From the NCBI GenBank assembly GCA_943354835.1, contig CALRDH010000001.1, positions 191,298 through 255,297 on the forward strand: a stretch of DNA of 64,000 bases. Direction: 5' to 3'. A program made the translations under genes and the position numbers. Origin of the DNA: a candidate division WWE3 bacterium (lineage in GTDB: Bacteria > Patescibacteriota > WWE3 > 2-01-FULL-39-13). The notes beneath the pieces are model-generated. The model ran no database searches, was not told the DNA's origin, and was given only the letters and a program-made list of their open reading frames with translations. Below, piece by piece: positions 39,317 through 50,178 of this stretch (the stretch's first letter is position 1; every line of letters begins with the position of its first letter).

Positions 39317-41092
39317 ATGGACAGTATTTCCGAAATAAAATCAAAGTTAAATATCATCGACCTTATAGGAACTTATACTCCTTTAAAGCAGTCTGGCAAA
39401 AATCACAAAGGTTTGTGTCCGTTTCACTCTGAAAAAACACCGTCATTTATGGTTTCCGAAGATCTCCAAAGATATAGATGTTTTGGCTGCGGAAAAAGTG
39501 GCGATGTCTTCAACTTTATTATGGATGTTGAAGGTGTAGATTTTCCTGAAGCCTTAAAAGTCCTTGCTGAAAAAACTGGAGTAAAACTTGATTTAAAGTC
39601 TGATGCTTTTAACAAAAAAGATAAAGATGCGACATCAAAAATATATGAGATCAATGAAATCGCTTCGAAGTTTTATCAGCATTTATTGAATAAACACGAA
39701 TTTGGCGAAGTCGGCCGTGCTTATATAAAAAAACGCCAGGTTTCCGCAAAAATTGTTAAGGATTTTGGTATCGGATACGCGCCAAATTCGTGGGATAGCC
39801 TTTCAAGATATTTGATTTCAAAAAAATTTACAGCAGAAGAAATTATTAATTCAGGCCTTGGTAAATATAGGAAATCTTCTAAAAACACTTACGATATTTT
39901 TCGCGGACGTCTGATGTTTCCATTAAGAGACAACATGGGCCGAATAACAGGCTTTTCCGGGAGAGCACTTTTTGAAGATCAAGATCCAAAATATATAAAT
40001 ACAGCTGAAACAGAAGTTTTTCATAAAGAAAGATTTCTTTTCGGTCTTGATTTGGCGAAAAACGCAATTCGAAAGGCTAATTTGGCGATTATTGTCGAAG
40101 GTGAATTCGATATGATTTCGCCTTATCAAGCTGGTTACGAAAATATTGTTGCTTCTAAAGGAACGGCTTTAACAATGGGACAAGTGAATTTATTAAAAAG
40201 ATATGCTCAAACAATTGTTTTGATTTTCGATAATGATGTCGCCGGAGCCGATGCCTCAGTACGTGGAATCGACATTATTAAAGATTGCGGACTCGATATA
40301 AAAATCGCAGTTTTGCCGGAAGGTTCAAAAGATCCTGACGAACTTATTAAAAAAGATACAAATTTATTTGGTGAGGTTGTTAGAAATGCATTGCCTTTGT
40401 GGGATTATTATTTTTCGTATGCTTCAAGCAAATATAATTTGTCTAATATCTTTGAAAAGAAAAAGGCTTCGCAGTTTTTGATAAATATTATTAATGAAAT
40501 CGAGGATGAGGTTGTCAGGTCAACATATATTAAAAAGTTCTCTGTGCTTTTTGATGTTGATGAATCAGTTGTAAAAAATCAAATTGATAAAAGTGTTCCT
40601 TCAACAAGAAGTAGATTTACGACTGATGTTCCAGAAAAAATAGTTATGGAAAGTGGTTTTGAAGATTATCCAGGTTCTGAAGTTTATGTTTTAACTCTTT
40701 TGATGGATGCAAATAATTTAGAATTCGAAGCTTTTTCAAATGTAATTAATCCAGATTTTTTTACAAATCAGTTTATTAAGGATTTATTTATAGAACTTAC
40801 GGATAGTAGAAAAGATTCAAAAAGCTTTGATGTAAAGGCCTTTTATGCTAAACTTCAGCACAGTCACCCTAATGTATATAGTTTGTTTGAAAAAGTTTAT
40901 TTACGTGGCAGATTTGAAGATACGCAGTCTCTTTCTGATGAGATCGCATTTGCTATTTTGCGCTTAAAACAAGCCTTCCAAAAAAGAAGGCGTAAAGAAT
41001 TGGCGGTTGCCATTGCAAAAGCTGAAGCGGTTTCTGATTTTACTCTTGTTGCAAGTTTGCAAAAAGAGGTTAAAGAGGTTTCGAATCTTTGA
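39317..41092 (+). CDS. dnaG: DNA primase
   Basis: [11 protein letters not shown]...CFGC, RLMFP, KYIN, VEGEFD, FDND, KDPDE. Confidence 0.98.
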   Translation: MDSISEIKSKLNIIDLIGTYTPLKQSGKNHKGLCPFHSEKTPSFMVSEDLQRYRCFGCGKSGDVFNFIMDVEGVDFPEALKVLAEKTGVKLDLKSDAFNKKDKDATSKIYEINEIASKFYQHLLNKHEFGEVGRAYIKKRQVSAKIVKDFGIGYAPNSWDSLSRYLISKKFTAEEIINSGLGKYRKSSKNTYDIFRGRLMFPLRDNMGRITGFSGRALFEDQDPKYINTAETEVFHKERFLFGLDLAKNAIRKANLAIIVEGEFDMISPYQAGYENIVASKGTALTMGQVNLLKRYAQTIVLIFDNDVAGADASVRGIDIIKDCGLDIKIAVLPEGSKDPDELIKKDTNLFGEVVRNALPLWDYYFSYASSKYNLSNIFEKKKASQFLINIINEIEDEVVRSTYIKKFSVLFDVDESVVKNQIDKSVPSTRSRFTTDVPEKIVMESGFEDYPGSEVYVLTLLMDANNLEFEAFSNVINPDFFTNQFIKDLFIELTDSRKDSKSFDVKAFYAKLQHSHPNVYSLFEKVYLRGRFEDTQSLSDEIAFAILRLKQAFQKRRRKELAVAIAKAEAVSDFTLVASLQKEVKEVSNL

Positions 41093-41114
41093 TAGATCTG
41101 TCTTTTTCAAATTT

Positions 41115-42389
41115 ATGGCTTCTTCAATTAAGAACAATCCAAAGATTAAAAATCTTATAAATAAAGGACGAAGTAAAGGTCACGTTACGTATCAAGAGAT
41201 TTTGAGCGCAATTCCACAGGTAGAAGAAGATCTAGAAGTTTTGGATGAACTTTATGGAATTTTGCTTGAAGATAAGATTGAAGTTCTTGAAGATACGGTT
41301 GATTTAGAGGAAGAAGCTTCTAAGGGAGTTTTAGATCTTCAGAAAGAATTGAAAGAGACAAGTCTTCAGTCGACTTTGGATCGTGCGATTACAGGAGATC
41401 CTGTTCGTATGTATTTAAGAGAAATTGGTCGAGAAGGTCTTTTAACAGCAGCCGAAGAGGTTGAGCTTGCTCAAATGGTCGAAGCTGTTGCTTATCAAGA
41501 TGCAATCGCTGAACTTACAAAAAAAGGCGTTAAAAAACCAAATTACAAACAAATCGCAGAGCTTATGCTTCAAGGAGAGTTTGATGATGTTGGTAAAAAA
41601 CTTCGTGTTGATCAATCAAAAAAACAACTCGAAGATTTTACTTCCAATAAAAGAACTTTTAAGATGAAGAAGGCTAGGTATAGATTGATTAATTCAAACC
41701 TTCGACTTGTTGTTTCCATCGCAAAGAGATATATGAATCGTGGTCTTACTTTTTCGGATCTTATTCAAGAAGGAAATATAGGACTTATGAGGGCTGTTGA
41801 TAAATTTGATTGGCGACGTGGATTTAAATTTTCAACATATGCAACATGGTGGATAAGACAGGCAATTACAAGAGCTATTGCTGATCAAGCAAGAACTATA
41901 AGAATTCCTGTTCACATGATTGAAACTATTAATAAGCTTAAAAGGATTCAAAGAGAACTTGAACAAAAGTATGAAAGAGAAGCAACGGCAAAAGAAATCG
42001 GAAAAGTCATGGGAATTGAGCCTGAAAAAGTCGAAGAGATTTTAAAGATTTCTCAAGAGCCAAGTAGTCTTCAAGCAAAAGTTGGAAAAGAAGGCGATAC
42101 GGAACTTTCAGAATTTATTGAAGATTTAGATACTGAAACTCCAGAAGATATGGCTTCATACGAACTCTTGAAGGGTCATATTGTTGAGGTTTTGGATACT
42201 TTAAGCGAAAGAGAACAGAAAGTTTTGGAGTTGCGCTTTGGCCTCAAAGACCATAAGCCACGAACGCTTGAAGAAGTCGGAAAAGTTTTTGGTGTTACAC
42301 GTGAGCGTATTAGGCAGATCGAGGCCAAAGCGCTTAGAAAGTTAAGACATCCAAGCAGAAGCAGAAAATTAAGAGATTATCTTGATTAA
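41115..42389 (+). CDS. rpoD: Primary sigma factor RpoD/SigA
   Basis: [56 protein letters not shown]. Confidence 0.98.
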   Translation: MASSIKNNPKIKNLINKGRSKGHVTYQEILSAIPQVEEDLEVLDELYGILLEDKIEVLEDTVDLEEEASKGVLDLQKELKETSLQSTLDRAITGDPVRMYLREIGREGLLTAAEEVELAQMVEAVAYQDAIAELTKKGVKKPNYKQIAELMLQGEFDDVGKKLRVDQSKKQLEDFTSNKRTFKMKKARYRLINSNLRLVVSIAKRYMNRGLTFSDLIQEGNIGLMRAVDKFDWRRGFKFSTYATWWIRQAITRAIADQARTIRIPVHMIETINKLKRIQRELEQKYEREATAKEIGKVMGIEPEKVEEILKISQEPSSLQAKVGKEGDTELSEFIEDLDTETPEDMASYELLKGHIVEVLDTLSEREQKVLELRFGLKDHKPRTLEEVGKVFGVTRERIRQIEAKALRKLRHPSRSRKLRDYLD

Positions 42390-42925
42390 ATAGGTACACC
42401 TTTTAGGAGCACGCCGACTGCGAATGCGACAGCAGCGGCGATGCCTCCTATTACAAGCGATCTCGCTCCTGTGTATATTGGGTTTTTGCTTGTAAAAAAT
42501 CCTTCAGCTATTCCAATAGATATTAATGATGTTGTCATTATGGCTACTGCTATTTCAAATTGATTCGGGATTTTGAAAAAGTATGGAAAAACCGGTAAAA
42601 CTCCTGCAATTATAAATGCAATAAATGTGACAATTCCATTTGCGATGGCTGGTGTTTTTTTGAATTTTTGATGCTGTGCTGATTCATATTCCTCTTCGCC
42701 TTTTGCTCCTAAATAATTTCCAGAAGCCATTGAAAATCCATCAGCAAATAAATTCGCGACTCCTAAAATTACAATAACCTTTGGATCCAAATTTGCCCCC
42801 AAAGAGCCTGCAATAACTGCAAACGTTGTAACAAGACCGTCATTAGAAGCAAGAATTGATGCATGCAAAAACGAAGCCTTATCGGAAATAGATGGTTTAA
42901 ATTTCATATAAAAACATTCTAGCAT
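42386..42925 (-). CDS. VIT1/CCC1 family transporter
   Basis: [28 protein letters not shown]. Confidence 0.9.
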   Translation of the reverse strand: MLECFYMKFKPSISDKASFLHASILASNDGLVTTFAVIAGSLGANLDPKVIVILGVANLFADGFSMASGNYLGAKGEEEYESAQHQKFKKTPAIANGIVTFIAFIIAGVLPVFPYFFKIPNQFEIAVAIMTTSLISIGIAEGFFTSKNPIYTGARSLVIGGIAAAVAFAVGVLLKGVPI

Positions 42926-43053
42926 TATGTAGAAACTGGATTAACTAGAAGTTGGGAAAAGACTAGGAAAGAATTAGATAAATGCGTTATAATATGCTCC
43001 AACTGCCATCGTGAATTGCATGGTGGTTTGATTGAGTTAGAAAAATTTAACAA

Positions 43054-43128
43054 TCCGCGGTAGCTCAATGGTGGAGCAGATTCCTGTTAAGAATAAGGTT
43101 GTTGGTTCGAGCCCAACCCGCGGAGCCA
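43054..43128 (+). tRNA. tRNA-Asn(GTT)
   Basis: TCCGCGG acceptor, loop CT-GTT-AA, GTTCGAGCC, GCCA. Confidence 0.96.
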
Positions 43129-43188
43129 GTTAGTACTAGTCAACCTGGATTAAACCTGCCTACGTTTATGTATGAAAGGTAGGTTTGT

Positions 43189-43788
43189 ATGGAGAATATA
43201 GCAGACAACCCAAGCAATATTACTTTAATCTTCATTGGTGCAATTATAGCCTTTATAAGTACCAACATTGTTGAATATATTAAAAATTGGAGCGAACTAA
43301 GAGGCAAAACAAAGAATTTTAAACTGTTTATAAAACTGGAATTGGAAGTTATTGCTAAGACTCTTGAAAAGCTTCAAACAGGATTATCTTATGGCCGTTA
43401 CTATGATTATCTATTGTTAGATAGGATAAAGGAGAGCATTGATAATCTTGAAAAAGTCAGGATTGACGTAATTTACCTTTCTGATCCAGAATTAAAAGAA
43501 AAATTTATCGAAACAACCTCTGATATCTCCACCTATATTGCTACTGTCAGAATGGTGCAACAACTTTTTTATGATGATAGGGGCAAATCGTTAGGACAGG
43601 CAGAAGTAAATAAACCAGTAGCAATTAGTAATAAATCTAAAAAACTTATAAAAAAGGAAAACAAAAGTGAAGAACTAGTTTCCGAGGAAGCATGGAAAGC
43701 GTTTAATGAGAGACGTATCGAAAAAACAATTGAATACGTTGAAATAAAGCGAAAACTTGAAGAATTAATTAAAGGCCTGGCTAGCTAA
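43189..43788 (+). CDS. Hypothetical protein with N-terminal TM
   Basis: 199-aa ORF, single TM then helical domain. Confidence 0.7.
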   Translation: MENIADNPSNITLIFIGAIIAFISTNIVEYIKNWSELRGKTKNFKLFIKLELEVIAKTLEKLQTGLSYGRYYDYLLLDRIKESIDNLEKVRIDVIYLSDPELKEKFIETTSDISTYIATVRMVQQLFYDDRGKSLGQAEVNKPVAISNKSKKLIKKENKSEELVSEEAWKAFNERRIEKTIEYVEIKRKLEELIKGLAS

Positions 43789-43842
43789 TTTTTTCGCTTG
43801 TTTTTTTGATTTCGTCTAGTTTTTCAAATCAATATTCTATAT

Positions 43843-44433
43843 ATGATTGAAAATTTAACTCCAAATAATGAATTGAATGAGCAACAGATAAAATTACTCA
43901 ATGGGGATAAGGAGGAACAGTTTTTGCTTAAAAGAGAAATTCATAGAGATATTTTTCCAATTATGGTCGAAGGTTTTAGGCAAATTAGGGAGCTAACACA
44001 AAATATAGCAATTATTTCTGGGGCTATAGCGGCTTTTACAATTCCTATTTTAAATACTGATCTAGTGCAAACCAAGGTATTGGCTTATATTGCTTTATTG
44101 TTGCTTTTTATCTCTATAGTCTACGCGATTCATCATTTGTCTGAAGTTATTTCGAAGGAAGTGAACGATCTATCAAAACAACATTCAACATACAATGATA
44201 TCCTCGATGATGCTATTGATAGAGTAAATACTGTGTTGTTAACTGGTAATATTGATAAGCTAAATGTTGATGAGAAGAAAGTTTTAAAAAAACTTTCCAC
44301 TATAAAAATACTGCCTAAAATTGATAGAAGCTTAAATATTCTTAAGACAATTATATTTGCTGCTTTAGTTTATTTGTTTTTATCATTCATTCCACTTAAC
44401 GAAATAATTCGGTTTCTTCATTTGGAATCATAG
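43843..44433 (+). CDS. Hypothetical membrane protein (3 TM)
   Basis: 196-aa ORF. Confidence 0.7.
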   Translation: MIENLTPNNELNEQQIKLLNGDKEEQFLLKREIHRDIFPIMVEGFRQIRELTQNIAIISGAIAAFTIPILNTDLVQTKVLAYIALLLLFISIVYAIHHLSEVISKEVNDLSKQHSTYNDILDDAIDRVNTVLLTGNIDKLNVDEKKVLKKLSTIKILPKIDRSLNILKTIIFAALVYLFLSFIPLNEIIRFLHLES

Positions 44434-44459
44434 AGCATCCTCCGTTGTATAATTCCTTT

Positions 44460-44831
44460 ATGAATTCAGTATCTGTAGAACTCATGGTTGATGATATACA
44501 AAAAACTGTAGAGTTCTATAAAACAGTTTTAGGTTTTGAAGTAATACTTGAAACTCCAGATGATAAGCCGACTTTTGCTATTATAAAAAGCAATAACGTG
44601 AAGCTTATGTTGTATATCAGGGAAGAGTTTGCAAACGAAATCCCAAAATTCAAAAACGAGAAACTAGGCGGCTCAATCGCGTTATATATAGGCGTAGATA
44701 ACATTAAGAATTGGCACAAAAGACTAGAGAGCAAAGTGAAGGTTGTACAAAAATTACACGCTACAGAATACGGTACAGAAGAATTCTCCTTTGAAGATAT
44801 CAATGGATATGTGTTAATGTTCCACGAATAA
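44460..44831 (+). CDS. VOC/glyoxalase family protein
   Basis: LMVDDIQKTVEFYKTVLGF...YGTEEFSFEDINGYVL. Confidence 0.9.
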   Translation: MNSVSVELMVDDIQKTVEFYKTVLGFEVILETPDDKPTFAIIKSNNVKLMLYIREEFANEIPKFKNEKLGGSIALYIGVDNIKNWHKRLESKVKVVQKLHATEYGTEEFSFEDINGYVLMFHE

Positions 44832-44948
44832 ACCCAATGATTCGTGTCTTATAGATAGTTTATAGTTGTGGGTGGTGCTTGTGGATAGTATTTGATATCA
44901 AAAACTTTCTATTGTGGAAAGTAATTATGTCGGATATTTGCGAAAAAA

Positions 44949-45548
44949 CTACTTAATTAATGCTTCTAGATATGCCTTGTTCGGAATTGCAATTATTTGT
45001 TGAATACTATTTGCACCATAAAGCTTGATGAGTTTGTGCAGGTTTTTGCACGTGTCTATAAGAAGTTTTTTGTCCATAGACTCGCTATTTTGGTCAGTTG
45101 CAAATTGAAGCAAAGCAATTGACCCAAATGCGATTTCTTGTTCAGTTATAGTTTGTGGCAAGTCAGTTGTTACCGATCTACTACCATCCCTATCGAAATA
45201 AGTTCCGCTTATTATTTTTACTGTATTATCTGTAGTTTTTACTTTTCTGTATTCAATTATTTCTTTCAGCCCAGACAATTCAAATAAGTCAATTCCATTT
45301 TCGATTCCATAATTAGCTGCTCTATCAATAGAATTCATTATTAAAGTGATTGGTTCTGAAGGCAGTAAGCCATATCCGCCAAAGTTATATATCATTTTAA
45401 CTGTGTAGCAGGCATATAGTCTAATGTATTCGGGGTTGGGGGTGGTGTGTACAGGATTGATAGAAATACTGACTTTCTTATTACCATCAAAACAGATCCC
45501 GTATTTTAATATATCAGTTTTACCGGATAGATAATCTAACAATCCCAT
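44949..45548 (-). CDS. Hypothetical protein
   Basis: 199-aa ORF with TATAAA 7 nt upstream. Confidence 0.7.
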   Translation of the reverse strand: MGLLDYLSGKTDILKYGICFDGNKKVSISINPVHTTPNPEYIRLYACYTVKMIYNFGGYGLLPSEPITLIMNSIDRAANYGIENGIDLFELSGLKEIIEYRKVKTTDNTVKIISGTYFDRDGSRSVTTDLPQTITEQEIAFGSIALLQFATDQNSESMDKKLLIDTCKNLHKLIKLYGANSIQQIIAIPNKAYLEALIK

Positions 45549-45816
45549 ATATGGTATTTATACCACTTGTTGGAACTTAATCAATCAGAACGGAGTGCTT
45601 AATCATGACATAATCGCTAGTTCTGAGATGTGAACATGCTTACCTTGATATTAAGTTTTTCGATAAAATTTTTTATAAGTTAGTTTCCGTATTTGCAGTG
45701 TCGATAATCTCCTCTAGTTGCGGATTTTGCATACCTTTAAAATCAATTAAAAGAATTGGCTTCTGATTGTAGTAAGCTCAATTCGTATCGCATTCTCGAA
45801 GCGGTATAATATTGCC

Positions 45817-46176
45817 ATGAAATTTATTTTTTTATTTTTAATTTTAGCTTGTCTCATGGGTGGTTGGTTTTACTGGTATGAAGTAAGACCGGCAAAAATT
45901 CGACACGATTGTTCATGGGTTAAACATACTTCAGGGTTTGTTGATGCAATTCCTGCTATGACAGAAGATGAATTATGGCAGAAGGGTTTACTTAGGGATT
46001 GTAGTACCGCATATGAATCAGTTTTTTATGAATCTGTAACCACTCTCTGTGAATCTTCGAATAGCAGGATAATCGAAAAGTATAAAAACGCAATTGATGC
46101 AGTGCCAGCAAAAGAATGGTGGGAACCTGCCAACCCTAAGGAATATGCGTTTTGTTTGCACGATCAAGGGCTTTGA
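45817..46176 (+). CDS. Hypothetical Cys-containing exported protein
   Basis: WFYWYEVRPAKIRHDC...YAFCLHDQGL; leaderless-type promoter. Confidence 0.75.
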   Translation: MKFIFLFLILACLMGGWFYWYEVRPAKIRHDCSWVKHTSGFVDAIPAMTEDELWQKGLLRDCSTAYESVFYESVTTLCESSNSRIIEKYKNAIDAVPAKEWWEPANPKEYAFCLHDQGL

Positions 46177-46541
46177 TTCTTAAAAAGATATTCTATTCGG
46201 AGTATTTGGATTACATTTGAAAGATTAAAATTCTCATTGGTCTATTCGAATATCAGTATCTCTGTTTTCAAATACTCCTTCACCATGAAATCAATTCTTG
46301 TAACATCCTCGACGCGGAGCCAAAATACCCCATAGTCTTGAAGTTCTCGCTTTTTCTGCTATAATTTCGCCCATTCTCCAAGGAATATAAACATATTGCT
46401 AATTCAGCATTCATTAAATCCTAGGGAGATAGTACATTAAAATGGCGGGTTAGCTCTTGTGTCTGCTTCCTAAAAATTACTCTTGTAAATTCAACGTGAA
46501 AATATAAGTGTGACCTTTAGGAGGTAGGCGTAGGAGCAAAA

Positions 46542-47114
46542 ATGCTTTGGAAAATCTTGATTAAATCTTTGTGGGAAAATTGGCCGGCCCTATTGGGTTT
46601 GGCTGCAATGGTATTACCTTTGGCTGCATGTCCACCAGAAGGTGCGACCTCAACCCCGATCCCGGCTGTAACGGCACAAGCGACATACGTCGCGCCGACT
46701 GCGGTGCCTTCGCAAGGAGAGATACTCGAAATCAATATGAGGATTAGCTCCGACGTCGAAGGAGGGAAATGCCTTTCAAGTGGAGACAAGTTTTACTTAA
46801 GTCTTCAAATGGAAGGAATCCCCGAAGATTGGGAAGGGCCTAGATCGGCTAACGTGATTTTTCAAGTCGGTCTTCTGGAAGATGGCCAAATTTGGGTTTT
46901 GAACGAAACCCAGGCCATTAAATTCCAGCTTGACACGGGCGAGACGGCCCAAGGGTCCATAAGGGTAGTTTTTTCACTACCCGACGGATCCGCTGTGAGA
47001 TTCGAAAATCCGGAGTTTCCATACTTCAGATATACGGGTCAAAACCAGGAGGGCAAGTTTTGTTTTGATTTGCCTTTTGGAACGTCTCCAGGAGCGCCTT
47101 TGCGAAAGGCCTAG
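46542..47114 (+). CDS. Putative lipoprotein (cassette 1)
   Basis: Signal peptide ending in lipobox LAAC, Pro/Thr linker; SD-like TAGGAG; GC-richer than its neighbours. Confidence 0.75.
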   Translation: MLWKILIKSLWENWPALLGLAAMVLPLAACPPEGATSTPIPAVTAQATYVAPTAVPSQGEILEINMRISSDVEGGKCLSSGDKFYLSLQMEGIPEDWEGPRSANVIFQVGLLEDGQIWVLNETQAIKFQLDTGETAQGSIRVVFSLPDGSAVRFENPEFPYFRYTGQNQEGKFCFDLPFGTSPGAPLRKA

Positions 47115-47142
47115 CTAGCGCGAATTAACCCGCCATCGCACC

Positions 47143-47208
47143 GGACTACGGATCAGTCATGATGTGTGCCCATAAAGCCACCTCCCCATCAATGACAATC
47201 CGTAGTCC
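47143..47208 (+). other. Long stem-loop 3' of the lipoprotein gene
   Basis: GGACTACGGAT/ATCCGTAGTCC + GTCAT/ATGAC + GATG/CATC. Confidence 0.7.
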
Positions 47209-47249
47209 AAGTTCCAAATATTCTTTTCCCAAGCTGATATAATTGTCAC

Positions 47250-47735
47250 GTGTCTAAAATCCTTATTAGTTCATGTCTTCTTGGTTTAAATACTAGGTAT
47301 GATGGTAAGAATAAATTAAATGAAAAGCTTGTGGAGCTGGCAAGAAATAAACAAATTGTTTTTGTTTGTCCAGAACAGTTGAGTGGTTTGTCTACGCCAA
47401 GAGAGCCTGCAGAAATTGAAGCAGGAAAATCGTCTAAAGATGTACTTGAAGGTAATGCCCGCGTTATAACAATTTCAGGAAATACCCAAACAAAAGAATT
47501 TCTTATCGGCGCACAAAAGACATTGGATTTATGTAAAAGTCTTGATATAAAAGTCGCGATTTTGAAAGAGAATAGTCCTTCGTGTGCCTCAAATAATGTA
47601 TATGATGGAACCTTTAAAGGCGGGAAAATTCCAGGCACCGGCGTTGTCGCAGAGCTTTTAAAACAAAACGGCATTACCGTATACAACGAAGACAACTATC
47701 CATTGAGTTTGTTTGATAGCACTAAGCAAATCTAA
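47250..47735 (+). CDS. DUF523 (2-thiouracil desulfurase-like) protein
   Basis: ILISSCLLG...RYDG, VCPEQ..GL.TPR, LKENSPSC, GVVA. Confidence 0.9.
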   Translation: MSKILISSCLLGLNTRYDGKNKLNEKLVELARNKQIVFVCPEQLSGLSTPREPAEIEAGKSSKDVLEGNARVITISGNTQTKEFLIGAQKTLDLCKSLDIKVAILKENSPSCASNNVYDGTFKGGKIPGTGVVAELLKQNGITVYNEDNYPLSLFDSTKQI

Positions 47736-47775
47736 ATATACACACAATTTGTGTGGCTTTAGGAAAGTATGATTT

Positions 47776-48912
47776 TTAGTATATGAATCCTGACAGGTTT
47801 TCTTTGTTTATTAATCCAAATTCGCCATTTTCGTATTCGAGCCATTTAGATGGTGTTTTCTTTTTGGTGTCGGAGTATTTTATTTCATATCCAAATAATT
47901 TGCCTTCTCTATCTTCTACAAGATCTATTTCACTTCCGTCATACGTTCGCCAAAAATGTTGTGTTGCGTATATTCTGTGGTATTCCCTAAATTTCATTCG
48001 TTCCGATATCACGAAATTTTCCCATACATGGCCAAGGTCAGTTCTTTTATCGAATGTATTGAAATTATCCAAAATAGCGTTTCTTATACCAACATCGTAG
48101 AAGAATATTTTTTTGCTTGTAGATATTTCCCGACGTTTATTTTTTGAATATGATGGAAGTCTATATATAACAAAGCTTTTCTCAAGCAAGTCCACATATC
48201 TTTCAACAGTTTTTGAATCAATTTTTAGTAAATTAGACAATTCTGTATACGATACTTGTGAGCCGATTTGTAATGCTAATGCTTTTAAGAGGTCATTTAA
48301 AACCTGCGGATTTTTAATCTCCTGAAATTCGAGTATATCTTTAAATAAATAGCTTGACGTAATTTCTTTCAATAACCGTATCTTTTCGTCATCGGAGTCA
48401 GTTTTAATAATTTCTGGATACATTCCAAATCGTAAAAAAGAAGGAATGCTTTTTATAGCGGCAAGCTTGCCTTTGTCTGCAATGTATTCTTCAAAGCTTA
48501 TCGGATAAAGTTGATATGTAAACTTTCTTCCTGTTAAAGGCTCTGATGTGGATTGCAGTAAGTTTATGCTTGAAGATCCTGTCAAAATTATTTGTTTAGT
48601 TTTTTTGTAGTTATCTACAAGAAGTTTTATTGTGATGCCAATGTTAGGCACTCTTTGAGCCTCGTCAATTAGTACTATTTCGTTGTCACCAATAATTCCG
48701 TCGAGTTGTGTGAAATCTTTATTTCTTAGTACGTCTATGTCGGTGGAGTCATCTGCATTAAGCCTTAGAATTTTTTTGTTTTTGTATGTTGTGTTGAGTT
48801 GATCAAGTAATGTTGTTTTCCCGACTTGCCTTGCTCCGACTATAATAATCACCTTGCCTTTAAAGAAATCTTTAATTATAAGTGGTTCTTGAAGCCTTTT
48901 TATGTCAGCCAT
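47776..48912 (-). CDS. AAA+ ATPase with DUF4143 domain
   Basis: GARQVGKTT, IDEAQ, TGSS, LTGR, DVGIRN, EIDL...EIK; ATG 48912 preferred. Confidence 0.92.
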   Translation of the reverse strand: MADIKRLQEPLIIKDFFKGKVIIIVGARQVGKTTLLDQLNTTYKNKKILRLNADDSTDIDVLRNKDFTQLDGIIGDNEIVLIDEAQRVPNIGITIKLLVDNYKKTKQIILTGSSSINLLQSTSEPLTGRKFTYQLYPISFEEYIADKGKLAAIKSIPSFLRFGMYPEIIKTDSDDEKIRLLKEITSSYLFKDILEFQEIKNPQVLNDLLKALALQIGSQVSYTELSNLLKIDSKTVERYVDLLEKSFVIYRLPSYSKNKRREISTSKKIFFYDVGIRNAILDNFNTFDKRTDLGHVWENFVISERMKFREYHRIYATQHFWRTYDGSEIDLVEDREGKLFGYEIKYSDTKKKTPSKWLEYENGEFGLINKENLSGFIY

Positions 48913-48935
48913 AATAAATTTATACCACAAATTAC

Positions 48936-48969
48936 GCGTAAATCAAGGATTACGATCCTTGGTTTACGC
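48936..48969. promoter_or_regulatory. Long inverted repeat upstream of the AAA ATPase
   Basis: GCGTAAATCAAGGAT-TACG-ATCCTTGGTTTACGC (one mismatch). Confidence 0.6.
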
Positions 48970-49257
48970 ATAGTATAAAACATTATTTTGCGGTTAAGAA
49001 ACAATAGTGAGTAGTGTGGTGGGGTAAGTTACATTTCGTCTTGTGAGACTAAGTTCGGAATGTAAATAAATTCATTCTGCTTCTCAAAAAAAGTTCTAAC
49101 GTCGTACACAGTGCGGAGCCAAAATATCCATAACGTTTCTTGTTTCTGCCCTGAATAAAATTTTTGATACTACTTGGCTGGGAAGGCTCCTTTTCTTCAA
49201 TATTTTGAATTATTCCGTTGTATATATCTTCTTCACTTCCTGTAGTCTTTTCACTAA

Positions 49258-49443
49258 CCTTACGTAAGCAAGGAAAATGCAAATAGTCGTGAATATACTA
49301 ATACTGTTGTTTTTGATATATCCGGAAGTCACAAAGACATTGCGGATCAAATTGCTCAAATACTTGGTGGTTCAGTTGTAAGTCAAATGCCATCTGGAGA
49401 AAATAAACCAGATGCAGATATTTTGATTATTGCTGGTAAGTAA
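49258..49443 (+). pseudogene. 3' remnant of a LytR C-terminal-domain gene
   Basis: NANSREYTNTVVFDISG...IADQIAQILGG...PSGENKPDADILIIAGK*; no start, upstream in-frame stop. Confidence 0.6.
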
Positions 49444-50116
49444 ATTCTCCGTAGATTATAACTTTTGTTCCTTTGTCTTCATCTGATGCTTTTACTGTTC
49501 GTTTGTCTCCCATTTCTGGCGTTGTCCATGCGAATAACTTTTCTGCATCTTCATTTCTCATGTTAAGGCATCCGTGGCTTTGTGGTGTTCCAAATTTGTC
49601 GTGCCAGTATGTTCCGTGAAAGCTAAAGCCTTTTGACCAAGGGATTTCATCATTTCCGAAAAATTGTACAAATTGAACATTGGGAAGATAGTAGTAAGTG
49701 TGAAGCGCTTTACTTCCGCCAGACATTTTTTGTGAAGTTGTTTTATATGCAATAGTGAATTCTCCAGTTGGAGTTTTGCCCCATTTCCCAGACGAAATTA
49801 AAAATTCCATAACTTTTTCATCGCCCTCAAATGCGTATACCATTTGTTTTGATAAATCTACTTCGATGTGTTTTTCAACGGTTGAATCTGATTCACTGTC
49901 TCCTAATACCTGACTTTCAGATGATGCAAAATCGGATGATATAACTTTTTTCCCAAGAAACTCTCCAACTTGATTTTTAGTATCGTAAGTGCCCAAGGAG
50001 TTTAAATTATCTGATGTTGGTTCCCATTGATTTGTAAAGTAATAGGGTAAAACATTTATATAAAGATAGGAGGCGATGGCCAAAGTCAAAAATCCTAACA
50101 GCTTCTTACTGGGCAT
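49427..50116 (-). CDS. L,D-transpeptidase (YkuD family)
   Basis: IEVDLSKQ, ISSG...TPTG, FHGTYWH...SHGCLNM. Confidence 0.93.
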   Translation of the reverse strand: MPSKKLLGFLTLAIASYLYINVLPYYFTNQWEPTSDNLNSLGTYDTKNQVGEFLGKKVISSDFASSESQVLGDSESDSTVEKHIEVDLSKQMVYAFEGDEKVMEFLISSGKWGKTPTGEFTIAYKTTSQKMSGGSKALHTYYYLPNVQFVQFFGNDEIPWSKGFSFHGTYWHDKFGTPQSHGCLNMRNEDAEKLFAWTTPEMGDKRTVKASDEDKGTKVIIYGEFTYQQ

Positions 50117-50178
50117 AAATCTATCTTAGTTAGAATTAGTAATTTGCACAAGTTCCTTTATTAAAGTAAGGTTAGTTT

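Larger units (their letters stand above)
43129..46322. mobile_element. Putative islet integrated at tRNA-Asn
   Basis: tRNA 3' end CGCGGAGCCA repeated at 46313-46322; cargo of orphan genes; no integrase inside. Confidence 0.45.

Noticed and set aside
39223-39432. 69-aa ORF across the palindrome
   Set aside because: Overlaps dnaG out of frame; open only because the GC palindrome lacks stops.
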